Source of the DNA: Stegostoma tigrinum | Taxonomy: Eukaryota | Direction of reading: 5' to 3' | DNA: 64,000 nt | Assembly (NCBI RefSeq): GCF_030684315.1 | Contig: NC_081388.1 | Span: 23,233,015-23,297,014 of the forward strand | Shown here: one piece after another, positions 1 to 11,248 of the stretch | How the letters are laid out: each line of letters starts with the position of its first letter | Position numbering within the stretch: the first letter of the stretch is position 1 | Notes under the pieces: generated by a model | Seen by the model: only the letters and a program-made list of their open reading frames with translations | Database searches by the model: none | What the model was told of the DNA's origin: nothing | Program-made: the position numbers and the translations under genes

Positions 1-53
1 TGATGAACGGTCTAGGCCCGAAATGTCAGCTTTTGTGCTCCTAAAATGCTGCT
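1..53 (+). mobile_element. Penelope terminal fragment with partial hammerhead motif, cut by the window edge
   Basis: tgatgaacggtctaggcccgaaatgtcagcttttgtgctcc matches the family A terminus. Confidence 0.75.
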
Positions 54-1378
54 AAGATAGATAAAGAACTGGTTTAATCATAGAAAACAGAGACTAGTGG
101 TGGAAAGGTGTTTTTTTGATTGGAGGTCTGTAGCTGGCGATATTCTGCAGGGATGAGTACTGGGACCCTTGCTTTTTGTAATATATATAAATGATTTGGG
201 CGAAAATGTAGATGGCCTGATTAGTAAGTTTGCAGATGACACAAAGGTTGGGGTGTGTGGATAATGAGGAAGATTGACAGACGATGCAGGATATAGGCAG
301 GATGGAGACTTGGACAGTGAAATGACCGCATTTAATCCAGATAAATGAAAAGTGATGTACTTAGGAAGCTTTAATGCAGGAGGGAAGTATACAATAAATG
401 GCAGAAACCTTAGTAGTATTAAAATACAGAAGAATCTAGGCATATAGGTCCACACTTCCCTGAAAGTGGCAACACAAGTGGATACGGTGGTCAGAAATTC
501 ATATGACATGCTTGCCTTCATTGGTCAGGGCAAAGAGTATAAAAATTGGCAAGTCATGCTGCAAATGTATAAAATTTTAATTAGACCTCATTTGGAATAT
601 TGTGCACTGTTCTGGTCAGCACACTATCAGAAGGATGTGGAGGCTTTGGAGAGTGTACAGAAATGGTTTATCAGGATGAAGTTGCAGACTAGCTCGCCGA
701 GCCGGTGTGTTTGGTTGCAGACATTTTGTCACCCTGCTCGGTAACATCGCCAGTGCACCTCCATTGAATTCCAGTGAACTTCACCGGACGTGCACTGACA
801 ATGTCACCTAGCAAGGTGATGAAATGTCTGAAATTAAACGCATTGGCTCGGTGAGCAAATCTACAGCCTCATCCACAACCCAAGCTACAAATCTTCTCAA
901 AAGGTTTATCAGGATGTTGCCTAGCTTGGAGGATATTAGCCATAAGGAGAGATTGGACAAAGTTGGTTTGTTTTCACTTGGTATTGAAGGATGAGAGGTG
1001 GCCCAACTGAAGTTTACAAAATTATGAAACGCATGGATTGAATGGATAGTTGGAGTTTTTTTTCCAGGGTAAAAATGTCAATTACTGTGGGCATAGGTTT
1101 AAGGTAAAAGGAGTCAAGTTTAAAGGAACTGTGAGAGGCAAGTTTTTTTACACAGAGGATATTAAGTGTGTGGAATACACTTCAAGATGAGGTGGTAGAG
1201 ATCAGTCCAATAGCAATGTTTAAGAGGCATCTTCACAGATACATGAATAGGCAGGGAATAGAGGGATATGGACTGTGTAGAGGCAGAAGAGTATTAGTTT
1301 AGAAAATCATCATGTGTCAGTGCAGGCTTGGTGGCCAAAGTGCCTCTTCCTATGCTGTACTGTGTTTTGTTTCTTTCC
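54..1378 (+). mobile_element. CR1 LINE 3' fragment
   Basis: SKFADDTK, IRPHLEYCALFWS, and a CR1 3' tail. Confidence 0.9.
679..902. mobile_element. Fold-back mini-insertion, hammerhead family C
   Basis: Inverted arms ~691-758 / ~790-857 with decayed CTGACGA-T-GTCACC..GGTGAC-GAAACGTC on both strands. TSD ggtttatcaggatg at 665-678 / 903-916, inside a CR1. Confidence 0.8.
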
Positions 1379-1559
1379 AGACTAATACTTGCTAGGAAAT
1401 AATTAACTGGGTAGGCTTGTACCCTCTGTGATTTAGTACTATGGGTGTCCCTAAGCCCTGAAGGCTGAGTGGTATAAGAAAACAGCTCATCAGTACCTTC
1501 TCCATGGTAGTTTGGGATGAGCAATTAATACTGGTCAAGCCAGCAATGGCCACATCTCT

Positions 1560-1950
1560 TGAATGATTAGAAAGAAAGGTTAGAGATGACTTGATTGAAA
1601 CATGCAAGATCCTGAGAGGACTTAACAGTGTATGTGGAAAGGATGTTGCCTGTGTGGGAGAAGCTTGAATGGGGAGGTCATTGTTTAAAAATAAGGGTCA
1701 ATCATTTAAGGTAGAGAGCAGGAAAATTTCTTTTTTTCTGTCTTAGAGGGTTATGAATCTTTGGAATTCTCTTCCTCAGAAAGAAGAAGAGGCAAAATCT
1801 TTGGAGGTTTTAAAGCAAAGACTCTTGATTAGCAAAAGGGTGAAAAGTTATCAGGAATGTACAGACATGTGGAGTTGAGGTTACAATCAAATCAGCCATG
1901 AATTTCTTCAATGGTGCAGCAGGCTCAGGTGGTCTATTCCTATTATTAAT
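1560..1950 (+). mobile_element. CR1 LINE short 3' fragment
   Basis: gatgacttgattgaaacatgcaagatcctg (DLIETxKIL) and a CR1-type 3' UTR. Confidence 0.65.
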
Positions 1951-1951
1951 C

Positions 1952-2168
1952 ATAAACAGAAGTTGTTGGGAAAGCTCAGCATCAGTGAAGCAAAAAAATC
2001 AGAGTTAATGTTTTGGGTCCGATGACCCTTCCTCAGAATTTCTGTGATAACAAGATGTAGAGCTGGATGTACACAGCAGGCAAAGTTCTCCAGCATCTGC
2101 AGTTTCTATTATCTCAGAATTTCTGTTTTTGTTTCTGATTTATGGCATCCGCAGTTCTTTTGGTTTTT
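1952..2168. mobile_element. Family B hammerhead-bearing terminal fragment with a nested family A piece (~2046-2112)
   Basis: Minus strand reads CTGAGGA-A-GGGTC-atcg-GACCC-aAAACATT. Repeat ctcagaatttctgt at 2032-2045 / 2113-2126. Confidence 0.7.
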
Positions 2169-2830
2169 ACTCTATTCATAACTTGTATGTAATTGACAGG
2201 TCTTGTTACAACAACTGATCAGAACTACAAAGTATTTATAGACAGCTTTTAGTTTTAATTCCAAAATATGCTTTTTAAGAAGAAGTGCGACAAAAACAAA
2301 AGCTAATGTAATTCAGTGAGTGACAAAATCTTCTTTGATGTCCATTACATATCGTCCCTATAAAGTGTTAGGGAAACTTCAAACAGGGAGGGACTTAGGA
2401 AGAAAAGATAACAAATGTGCTGAATATCGCCCTGTCTCAGGCAAATGTCAATCTTCCAGCTTTATGTGTTTAACCTTCCAGGAATATATGATTAAAAAGG
2501 GTTAAAAACTGACTACAACACTTGGCTGTATGCGGTATTGGCTGGGCGACCTAATGTATGGACTAGAGTGCTGTGAGGACCATACCCTTGAGAACAGCAT
2601 TATAAACATCCCTGAACTGGAGGTAAAACAAAAGGAAAAACGCTCTTTTACTCTGAATGCTGGAATTCAGTGGATGTCAAATGGAATCAGAACAACAGAA
2701 CTTTCAACAACCTGCAGGACCAAGAATCACAAAATCGACTGCTGAACTGCCAACATCAACACTACTGGTGAAATCCAATGATGACAACAACATCCCCCTA
2801 TCTGCTATTCACAAATGATTCATAGACTGA

Positions 2831-3057
2831 GAGATAATGGGAACTGTAGATGCTGGAGAATCCAAGATAACAAAGTGTGAAGCTGGATGAACACAGCAGG
2901 CCAAGCAGCATCTCAGGAGCACAAAAGCTGATGTTTCGGGCCTAGACCCTTCATCAGAGACTCTGACGAAGGGCCTAGGCCCGAAACGTCAGCCTTTGTG
3001 CTCCTGAGATGCTGCTTGGCCTGCTGTGTTCATCCAGCTACACACTTTGTTATCTTG
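2831..3057. mobile_element. Fold-back Penelope-terminus mini-insertion with two head-to-head hammerheads (family A)
   Basis: Near-perfect ~200-bp palindrome centred at ~2960. TSD gattcatagactga at 2817-2830 / 3058-3071. Confidence 0.92.
2963..2990 (+). ncRNA. Minimal type I hammerhead ribozyme motif
   Basis: CTGACGA-A-GGGCC-TA-GGCCC-GAAAC-GTC, core intact. An inverted copy lies at 2930-2957 on the minus strand. Confidence 0.75.
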
Positions 3058-4058
3058 GATTCATAGACTGATCTGTGTTATTTCTTAACTTTAATCTTTT
3101 TGGACTTAGTGCTTGTTTCTACTGTATGAATGTTTGTTGGACTACTATTTCTATTCACATTTAACAATTAATAAACTTGCTCAATTTGTTAATTCAGGAC
3201 AGCCTTGTTAAGTTAACTGGAGAAGTAGAATAGGGAAGGACCTGGCATCCTGGATGTGGTGTGAGATGGTGGGAACAGTCAGTCAGTCAAAACAAGGAGC
3301 CTAAAGAGCAGAGTCCATTCTGCCCAAATGTCTATTTCAGCTGTTGGTTGGCAGAGTCCTTATAGGGCTTTGAGTTCACCCAGAGGAAATAGTCAGCTAA
3401 GCCTGCAAGTTCAGCTGTGTCCCAAAGTATGGCAAGCCCAAAATTGACATGAATTGATATTCAATAAATAGTGAACTCAAAAATACCTTGCAGTCTTTTC
3501 CACAATAAAGAAATATCCCTAATTTCTGAGTGACTATCAAACTGTAAGCCAACAGGAGGCATGCCAGTTGTAGCTGTCTGACTGAGTTCATCTCAACAAA
3601 TAATGATGATGCACACAAGTAAAGTGAAATGTTTACAAATGAAATTTTAATTTGAAAAACGCTGTGTCAACTTTGTGGTTTCAATAAATCTTATGTTAAT
3701 TGCAGCAACATTGTGATTGTGTTGAGCAACCCATTTGTCCTGGAAGCTCTTCAATAGGAAACCCATTACCTGCTGAATTATAAGTCGATGGCAGATTAAA
3801 TCTGTGAGAATCTTTCCTGATTACGTATTAAATTTAATTGAAATTGCATGGGAAACGTCAAAAAGCAAGAGGTTGCAAGTGGCACCCCTTAATTGTACAT
3901 TACTACATTTTTCATTGTATAGGTCTCACCTGCCCAAGAACTGGTCCTAACGTCTCACAAATTGGAAGCTCTCCCTCCTTCACCATTCTTCAGCCATGTA
4001 TTCATTCACTGCATCCTCTTACTTCTAACACATTGCATTGGGCATAATCCTGAGGTTA

Positions 4059-5986
4059 ACAAAGTGTGGAGCGGGATGAACACAGCAGGCCAAGCAGCAT
4101 CTCAGGAGCACAAAAGCTGATGTTTCAGGCCTAGACCCTTCATCAGAGAGGGGGATGGGGAGAGGGAACTGGAATAAATAGGGAGAGGGGGACTGAAGAT
4201 GGAGAGAAAAGAAGATAGGTGGAGAGGAGAGTATAGGTGGGGAGGTAGGGAGGAGGGGATAGGTCAGTCCGGGGAAGACGGATAGGTCAAAGAGGCAGGA
4301 TGAGGTAGTAGGTAGGAAATGGAGGTGCGGCTTGAGGTGGGAGGAAGGGATTGGTGAGAGGAAGAACAGGTTAGGGAAGCGGAGACAGGCTGGGCTGGTT
4401 TTGGGATGCAGTGGGGGGAGGGGAAGAACTGGGCTGGTTTTGGGATGGGTTGGGGGAAGGGGAGATTTTGAAGCTTGTGAAGACCACATTGATACCATTG
4501 GGCTGCAGGGTTCCCAAGCAGAATATGAGTTGCTGTTCTTGCAACCTTCGGGTGGCATCATTGTGGCACTGCAGGAGGCCCATGATGGACATGTCGTCTG
4601 AGGAATGGGAGGGGGAGTTAAAATGGTTCGCGACTGGGAGGTGCAGTTGTTTAATGCGAACCGAGCGGAGGTGTTCTGCAGGAGACGCGGTCAAGGGTGT
4701 TCTTGATCACTGTGGGGGGAAAGTTGCGGTGCTTGAAGAACGTGGACATCTGGGATTTGCGGGAGTGGAATGCCACATCCTGGGAGCAGATGCGGCGGAG
4801 GCAGAGGAATTGGGAATAGGGGATGGAATTTTTGCAGGAGGGTGGGTGAGAGGAGGTGTATTCTAGGTAGTCTCCCGCATTTCCCGCAACACATCCCTCA
4901 CACCCTGCCCCCGCCATAACCGCCTCAAGAGGATTCCCCTCGACCTCACATACCACCCCACCAACCTCCGGATACAATGCATCATCCTCTGACACTTCCG
5001 CCACCTATAATCCGACCCTACCACCCAAGCCATTTTTCCATCCCCATTCTTGTCTGCCTTCCGAAGAGACCACTCTCTCCACGACTTCCTTGTCAGCTCC
5101 ACACTCCCCTCCAACCCCACCACACCCGACACCTTCCCCTGCAACTGCAGGAAGTACTACACTTGCCCCCACACCACCTCCCTCACCCCCATCCCAGGCC
5201 CCAAGATGACCTTCCATATTAAGCAGATGTTCACCTGCACATCTGCCAATGTGGTATACTGCATCCATTGTACCCGGTGTGGCTTCCTCTACATTGGGGA
5301 AACCAAGCGGAGGCTTGTGGACCGCTTTGCAGAACACCTCCGCTCAGTTCACAATAAACAACTGCACCTCCCAGTCGCGAACCATTTCAACTCCCCCTCC
5401 CATTCTTTAGATGACATGTCCTTCATGGGCCTCCTGCAGTGCCACAATGATGCCACCCGAAGGTAGCAGGAACAGCAACTCATATTCCGCTTGGGAACCC
5501 TGCAGCCCAATGGCATCAATGTGGACTTCACAAGCTTCAAAATCTCCCCTTCCCCTAACCCATCCCAAAACCAGTCCAGTTCTTCCCTTCCACCCACTGC
5601 ATCCCAAAACCAGCCCAGCCTGTCTCTGCCTCCCTAACCTGTTCTTCCTCTCACCCATCCCTTCCTCCTCCCTCAAGCCGCACCTCCATTTCCTACCTAA
5701 TACCTCATCCCGCCTCCTTGACCTATCCGTCTTCCCTGGACTGACCTATCCCCTCCCTACCTCCCCACCTATACTCTCCTCTCTACCTATCTTCTTTTGT
5801 CTCCATCTTCAGTCCCCCTCTCTCCCTATTTATTCCAGAACCCTCTCCCCATCCCCCTCTCTGATGAAGGGTCTAGGCCTGAAACGTCAGCTTTTGTGCT
5901 CCTGAGATGCTGCTTGGCCTGCTGTGTTCATCCAGCCTCACATTTTATTATCTTGGATTCTCCAGCATCTGCAGCTCCCATTATCT
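4059..5986. mobile_element. Rearranged Penelope-like insertion with inverted arms (minus arm ~4059-4870, plus arm ~4871-5986)
   Basis: GIY-YIG C-terminal coding and terminal repeat in both orientations. TSD ataatcctgaggtta at 4044-4058 / 5987-6001. Confidence 0.92.
5861..5888 (+). ncRNA. Minimal type I hammerhead ribozyme motif
   Basis: CTGATGA-A-GGGTC-TA-GGCCT-GAAAC-GTC. The inverted partner is at 4119-4146 on the minus strand. Confidence 0.75.
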
Positions 5987-6418
5987 ATAATCCTGAGGTT
6001 ACTGGCTTTGAAGTCTTGGTTTTTAAATTCATTCCTAATTCTACTTTCAAAATAATTTCTCCCTTCTTATCTATGTTGTTGGTGGTGATATACAGCCATG
6101 TCTTCTGGCTGTTCATCCGTTCCCAATAAGAATATCCTGCAGCTGCTCAGTGACATTCTTGACCCTGGATTTAGGGACACAGTAAATCATGCTGGAGTGG
6201 TATCTTTGGCTGTGGAATCGCTGAAACATCTTGCCATTCATTACCCAGCAGCTGCTGGAAGGAATTGGTAACAGCACAACCAAAAATCTCCAGCGTAGCA
6301 GTAGTGCGATAGACCAGAATAACTCTCCTCCATATCCAGTCAAATGATTTTCTGCTTTAATAAGATGTTTAATGAAATGCTCTGATAACATGAATCTCGT
6401 ACTCACTGTAATATACAA

Positions 6419-6580
6419 CCCAAATTGTACAGTACACTGATGCCCATTCACTTGATGCTCACTGCAAAACGCATCCCAAACAGTACAGCGCTCTGATACC
6501 CATACACCTGGCACCCATCATAACACATCCCAAACCACACAGTGGTCTGATACTCATATCTGCAATGCCCACTGTAACAC
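6419..6580. repeat. Degenerate minisatellite, three units of ~54-56 bp
   Basis: Repeated cccaaa..acag....ctgat(g/a)c.cat..aacac frame. Confidence 0.6.
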
Positions 6581-7126
6581 TCACCGCAGTCTCTATTAGG
6601 TATCTGCGTAGCCCCAGAAATTCATTCCTAAATTACACCATTTTACATCTCTTTTTCTCTCTACAATTGTTAACATCCGTTTTGTCATTTGCACAGTACC
6701 TCTACCCCATCTATTGTCTTAACCCCCCCTCCTCTGCCTCTGTCAAAAGTATAAATAAACAGCATGTTTTAACCCTTTTCAGTTCTGAAGAAGTTATACA
6801 GACTTAACATGTTAATTCTGTTTCTCACTTCACAGATTTTGCCAGATTGGCATTCCCTGTGTTGGTTTGTTTCAAGACTGCATTTTATTTTGCTTTATTC
6901 AGATTTACAGCATTTGTGGTAATTTGGTTTAAATTACGCACCAATTAACATTTATTTTTATCACAAAAAGGAAACAGAAAGAATGCCTTGGATGGTGGAG
7001 TACCATAAGTTTGTGGTTCCTGTTGTCACCTATTTTTGCAGAAGTGGTGTACTTCATTTACTGTTAGATTGTAGTCCAAGCAATCTTACAATAGGTTTAT
7101 CTGTAAACTGATTCCTTATTCATGTG

Positions 7127-7301
7127 ATAGTTGGAACTGCAGATGCTGGAGAATCTGAGATAACAAGGTGTAGAGCTGGATGAACACAGCAGGCCAAGCA
7201 GCACCAGAGGAGCAGGAAGGTCTAGGCCCGGGGCATTGGCCTTCCTGCTCCTCTGGTGCTGCCTGGCCTGCTGTGTGCATCCAGCTCTACGCCTTGTTAT
7301 C
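7127..7301. mobile_element. Fold-back Penelope-terminus mini-insertion, variant subfamily, hammerhead core lost
   Basis: Inverted arms gataacaaggtgtagagctggatgaacac / gtgtgcatccagctctacgccttgttatc, with a flanking repeat ctt(a/g)ttcatgtg. Confidence 0.8.
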
Positions 7302-8359
7302 ACTTGTTCATGTGGTTTTGTATTGTTAGGTCTGTTGTCAGTCACACTCTCTAAACTAAAGACTGCATTCATACATTTCTCATTATTATGATTCATTTCT
7401 ACCATTAGTAAAAGTTCCCATTGCCCCGTGATAGGTTTTTAGATGGCTCCTGTAACTTTTTTTCATAAGTCATCTCTTCGCAAGTAATTGTTTGGTCAGA
7501 ATAGATTGTGATGATCCATTTAAAGTGCCAATGCGAAATGGATAAGCTAAATTAAACTTGTGTACCTCCCCATCACTTCACAAGAGTTCACTCATAGTGC
7601 TTCTGGGAATGCTTCAGGAATTTCCAATTGGCTGTTTTTAAATAAAAATTGTTCATGAAATGCTGGCATCACTGGCTCGGCCAGCACTTTTGCAGATCAT
7701 TACTTACCCTTGACAATGAGCTAGCCTCTTGAACTGCTGCTGTCTTTGGGATGTCGGTACACCCTCCTCTACTTTGAAGGTAATATTTTGTCTTAATTTG
7801 GCCGTTGAATGAGTTTATCATTGTTAACAGGTCAAATCAGGGATAATCCTGACAATTGAGTGCTCGAAAGAACATCCAGCCTTGCCAAAGCCTTGGTGAA
7901 AGGATAAGAGTTAAACTTTAGTCATATTAGCTATAGAACAATGTATATAAGCAGCCCCTCTCTTTCTTTCAATATCATAACATCGTTCAGTTTCTTCCTT
8001 TCAGGGGATTTTGTATTCCTTTTAATTACCCCATCTCCAAGCAGGAATTGTACCTGGCCTCACAATATCTTGTTGGTTGAAGGTGTTGAGCATTTGTAAA
8101 GGAGTATCCTGACCTTCTCCTCTTCCCTGTACTTTGGATAGATCCCCATTATCTGCTGATGCATGGAGGGGAACCTCTGATCTACACACTTTGTAAATTC
8201 TGCACTCAGGATTTTTTTTAGACAAATGCACATTGTGTTCTTCTAAACATAGACCACAGAAGAGGTTTAAGTGTAAATTGTTCTGATTCTTGACCAGATT
8301 TATTTCTTGAGGAGCTTACACAGAGAAATTAGAACTAGAATTGGAGTTTATTGTCATGC

Positions 8360-8717
8360 TTTTTTTCCTTATTCATTTATGGGATGAGGACGTTGCTGGC
8401 TAGGCCAGTATTTATTGTCCCTAATTGCTCAGGGAGCAGTTAAGAGTCAACCACGCTGCAGTGGGTCTGGATTCACATGTCGGCCAGACCAGGTAAGGAT
8501 GGTAGTTTCCTTCCCTAAAGGGTATTAGTGAACCAGATGGGTTTTTACGACAATCGATAATGGACTCACGGTCATCATTAGATTCTTAATTCCAGATATT
8601 TTTATTGAATTCAAATTCCACCATCTGCCGGGATTTGAACCTGGGTCCCCAGAATGTTTTCTGGGCCTCTGGATTAACAGTCCAATGATAATACAATGAG
8701 GCTAGTGCATCCTCCCT
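8360..8717 (-). mobile_element. Deu-type tRNA-derived SINE (SacSINE1-like)
   Basis: Minus strand: tRNA head with ggttcaaatcc, core aaaacccatctggttcactaat..tttagggaaggaaa, LINE-like tail. Confidence 0.75.
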
Positions 8718-9329
8718 CGCATGGAGAACAGTGATACAGGAGGACAATGAGTACAATGTCACCATTCCTGGTGCCATCTTAGGTAAAAAAGTTCCTGTGT
8801 ACAAAATTTTAGGTACAAAATAGAAAAATATGGAAATAAAGTCAAAAATTCAACATGAAAGTCCCTGGCATAAACTGGAAAAATAAAGGAATAAAGTTAA
8901 AAGTTCAACATGACAGTGCTTTCTTAAATGCTTAGCCATGCTGGGCTCGCACTCCCTACAAGGTTTCGACTTCTCTCTGCACTGGGCTCCATTTCCTCTG
9001 CGCTCACCACTGCCACAGATACTTGAAGACCTCGGGCTCACACTCCTCTGCTTTGGGCTTAGTCTCTCACTGTACCCTGTGCTGTCTCACTGTTCCCCTT
9101 GCTGGTTCGATGTCTTTCGCGTTGGCCTCGCTCTCTCACTCTCCCCTAGTGATGGCCTTAGTAAATGTCTATTAGGTGTCCTGTCCCTGGTATGGTAGGT
9201 CTTTTTGGCAGTTTTTGAAGCTTCTTTGTAATGCACATCTTTTCCCTTTCACTGTGTCAAGTGTCATCACAAGCTCCCTAACAATTTGGAACTCTCTTCA
9301 CAAATTCCTTTGACTTAAGCATACAAAAG

Positions 9330-11248
9330 TTCTAGGCGACTTAAAACAGACGAAGCTTTGGAAGAACATCGGGGAAGTAGGCTAAAAGGAGTCTTGAAAT
9401 ATCTTTAGCAAACAGGGTTAAGGAAAATCCCAAAGCCTTTTATTTGTACATAAGGAGCAAGAGAGTAACTAGAGAAAGGGTTGGCCCACTCAAGGACAAA
9501 GGAAGGAAGTTATGTGAGGAGTCAGAGAAAATGACTGAGATTCTTAATGCATACTTTGTATCAGTATTCACTGAGGAGGGGGTCATGATGCATGTTGAGG
9601 TTAGGGATAGACGTTTGATTACTCTAGATCAAGTCAGCATAAGAAGAGGGAAGTGTTGGGTATTCTAAAAGGCATTAGGGTGGACAAGTCCCCTGGTCTG
9701 GATGGGATCTATCCCAGGTTACTGCGGGAAGTAAGAGAGGAAGTAACTTGGGGCCTTAACAGATAATCTTTGCAGCATTCTTGAGCATGGGTGAGGTTCC
9801 AGAGGACTGGAGAATTGCTAATGTTGTCCTCTTGTTTAAGAAGGGTAGCAAGGATAATCCAGGTAATTATCGACCGGTGAGCCTGACATCAGTGGCGGGG
9901 AAGCTGCTGGAGAAGATACTGAGGGATAGGATCTATTTATGTTTGGAAGAAAATGTTCTTATTAGTGATAGGCAGCATGGTTTTGTGCAGGAAAGGTCAT
10001 GTCTTACCAACTTGATAGAATTCTTTGAGGACGTGACAAAGTTGATAGATGAGGGAGGGGCTGTATATGTCATAAGCATGGATTTCAGTAAGGCATTTGA
10101 TTAGGTTCCCCATGGTAGGCTGGTGGAGAAAGTGAAGTCACTGGGGCCCAGGCACTAACCACTAGTTAGATGGATAGAGAACTGGCTGGGTAACATGATA
10201 CAGAAAATCGTAGTGGAAGGGAGTTTCTCAGAATGGAGAACTGTGACCAGTGATGTTCCACAGGGATCCGTGCTGGGACCAATGTTGTCTGTGATATGCA
10301 TTAACAACCTGGAGGAAGGTATAGATGGTCTGATTAGCAAGTTTGCAGATGACACTAAGATTGGTGAAGTAGCAGATAGTGAAGGGGATTGCCGGAGAAT
10401 GCAGCAGAATATAAATAGATTGGAGAGTTGGGCAGAGAAATGGCAGATGGGGTTCAACCCAGGCAAATGCGAGGTGATGTATTTTGGAAGATCCAATTCA
10501 AGAGCGAACTATGTGGTAAATGGAAAAGCCCTGGGGAAAATTGATACACAGAGAGATCTGTGTGTTCAGGTCTATTGTACCCTGAAGGTGGCAACGCAGG
10601 TCGATAAAGTGGTCAAGAGGCATACGGCATGCTTTCATTCATCAGACCGGGTATTGAGTACAAGAGTTGGTAGGTCATGTTGCAGCTGTATAGGACTTTG
10701 GTTTGACCACATTTGAATACTGCGTGCAGTTCTGGTCACCACATTACAAAAGAGTGTGGATGCTTTGGAGAGGGTGCAGAGGAGGTTCACCAGGATGTTG
10801 CCTGGTATGGAGGGTGCTAGCTTTGAAGAGAGGTTAGGTAGATTAGGATTATTTACGTTAGAAATTAGAAGGTTGAGGGGGGACTTGATTGCGGGCTACA
10901 AAATCATGAGAGGTATAGACAGGGTGGAGAGCAAGAAGCTTTTTTTCCCAGAGTGGGGGACTCAATTACTAGGGGTCATGAGTTCAAGGTGAGAGGGAAA
11001 AAGTTTAAGGGAGATATACATGGAAGGGTGGTGGGTGCCTGGAACACGTTGCTAGTGGAGGTGGTCGAGGCGGGCACGATAGTATCATTTGAGATGTATC
11101 TTGGCAGGTACATGAATGGGCAGGGAACAGAGGGATACAGATCCTTGGAAAATAGGTGACAGGTTTAGATAGAGAATCTGGGCTGGTGCAGACTTGGTGC
11201 GCCAAAGGGCCTGTTCCTGTGCTGTAATTTTCCTTGTTCTTTGTTCTT
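9330..11248 (+). mobile_element. CR1 LINE 3' fragment (RT)
   Basis: PEDWRIANVV..NYRPVSLTS, VPQGSVLGP, KFADDTK, tail. Confidence 0.93.

Noticed and set aside
2831-3057. Palindromes as DNA-transposon MITEs or miRNA hairpins
   Set aside because: The arms are identical to the terminus of an RT/GIY-YIG element, the ends are asymmetric, the centres vary and the TSDs are 14-16 bp. This points to retrotransposition products.
2250-3260. Possible old LTR around the 2831 hairpin
   Set aside because: Only an AATAAA and general composition suggest it. No defined ends or second copy in the window.
6419-6580. Repeat-spacer-like pattern as a CRISPR array
   Set aside because: Degenerate tandem units with no constant repeat or unique spacers, no cas genes, and a vertebrate context.
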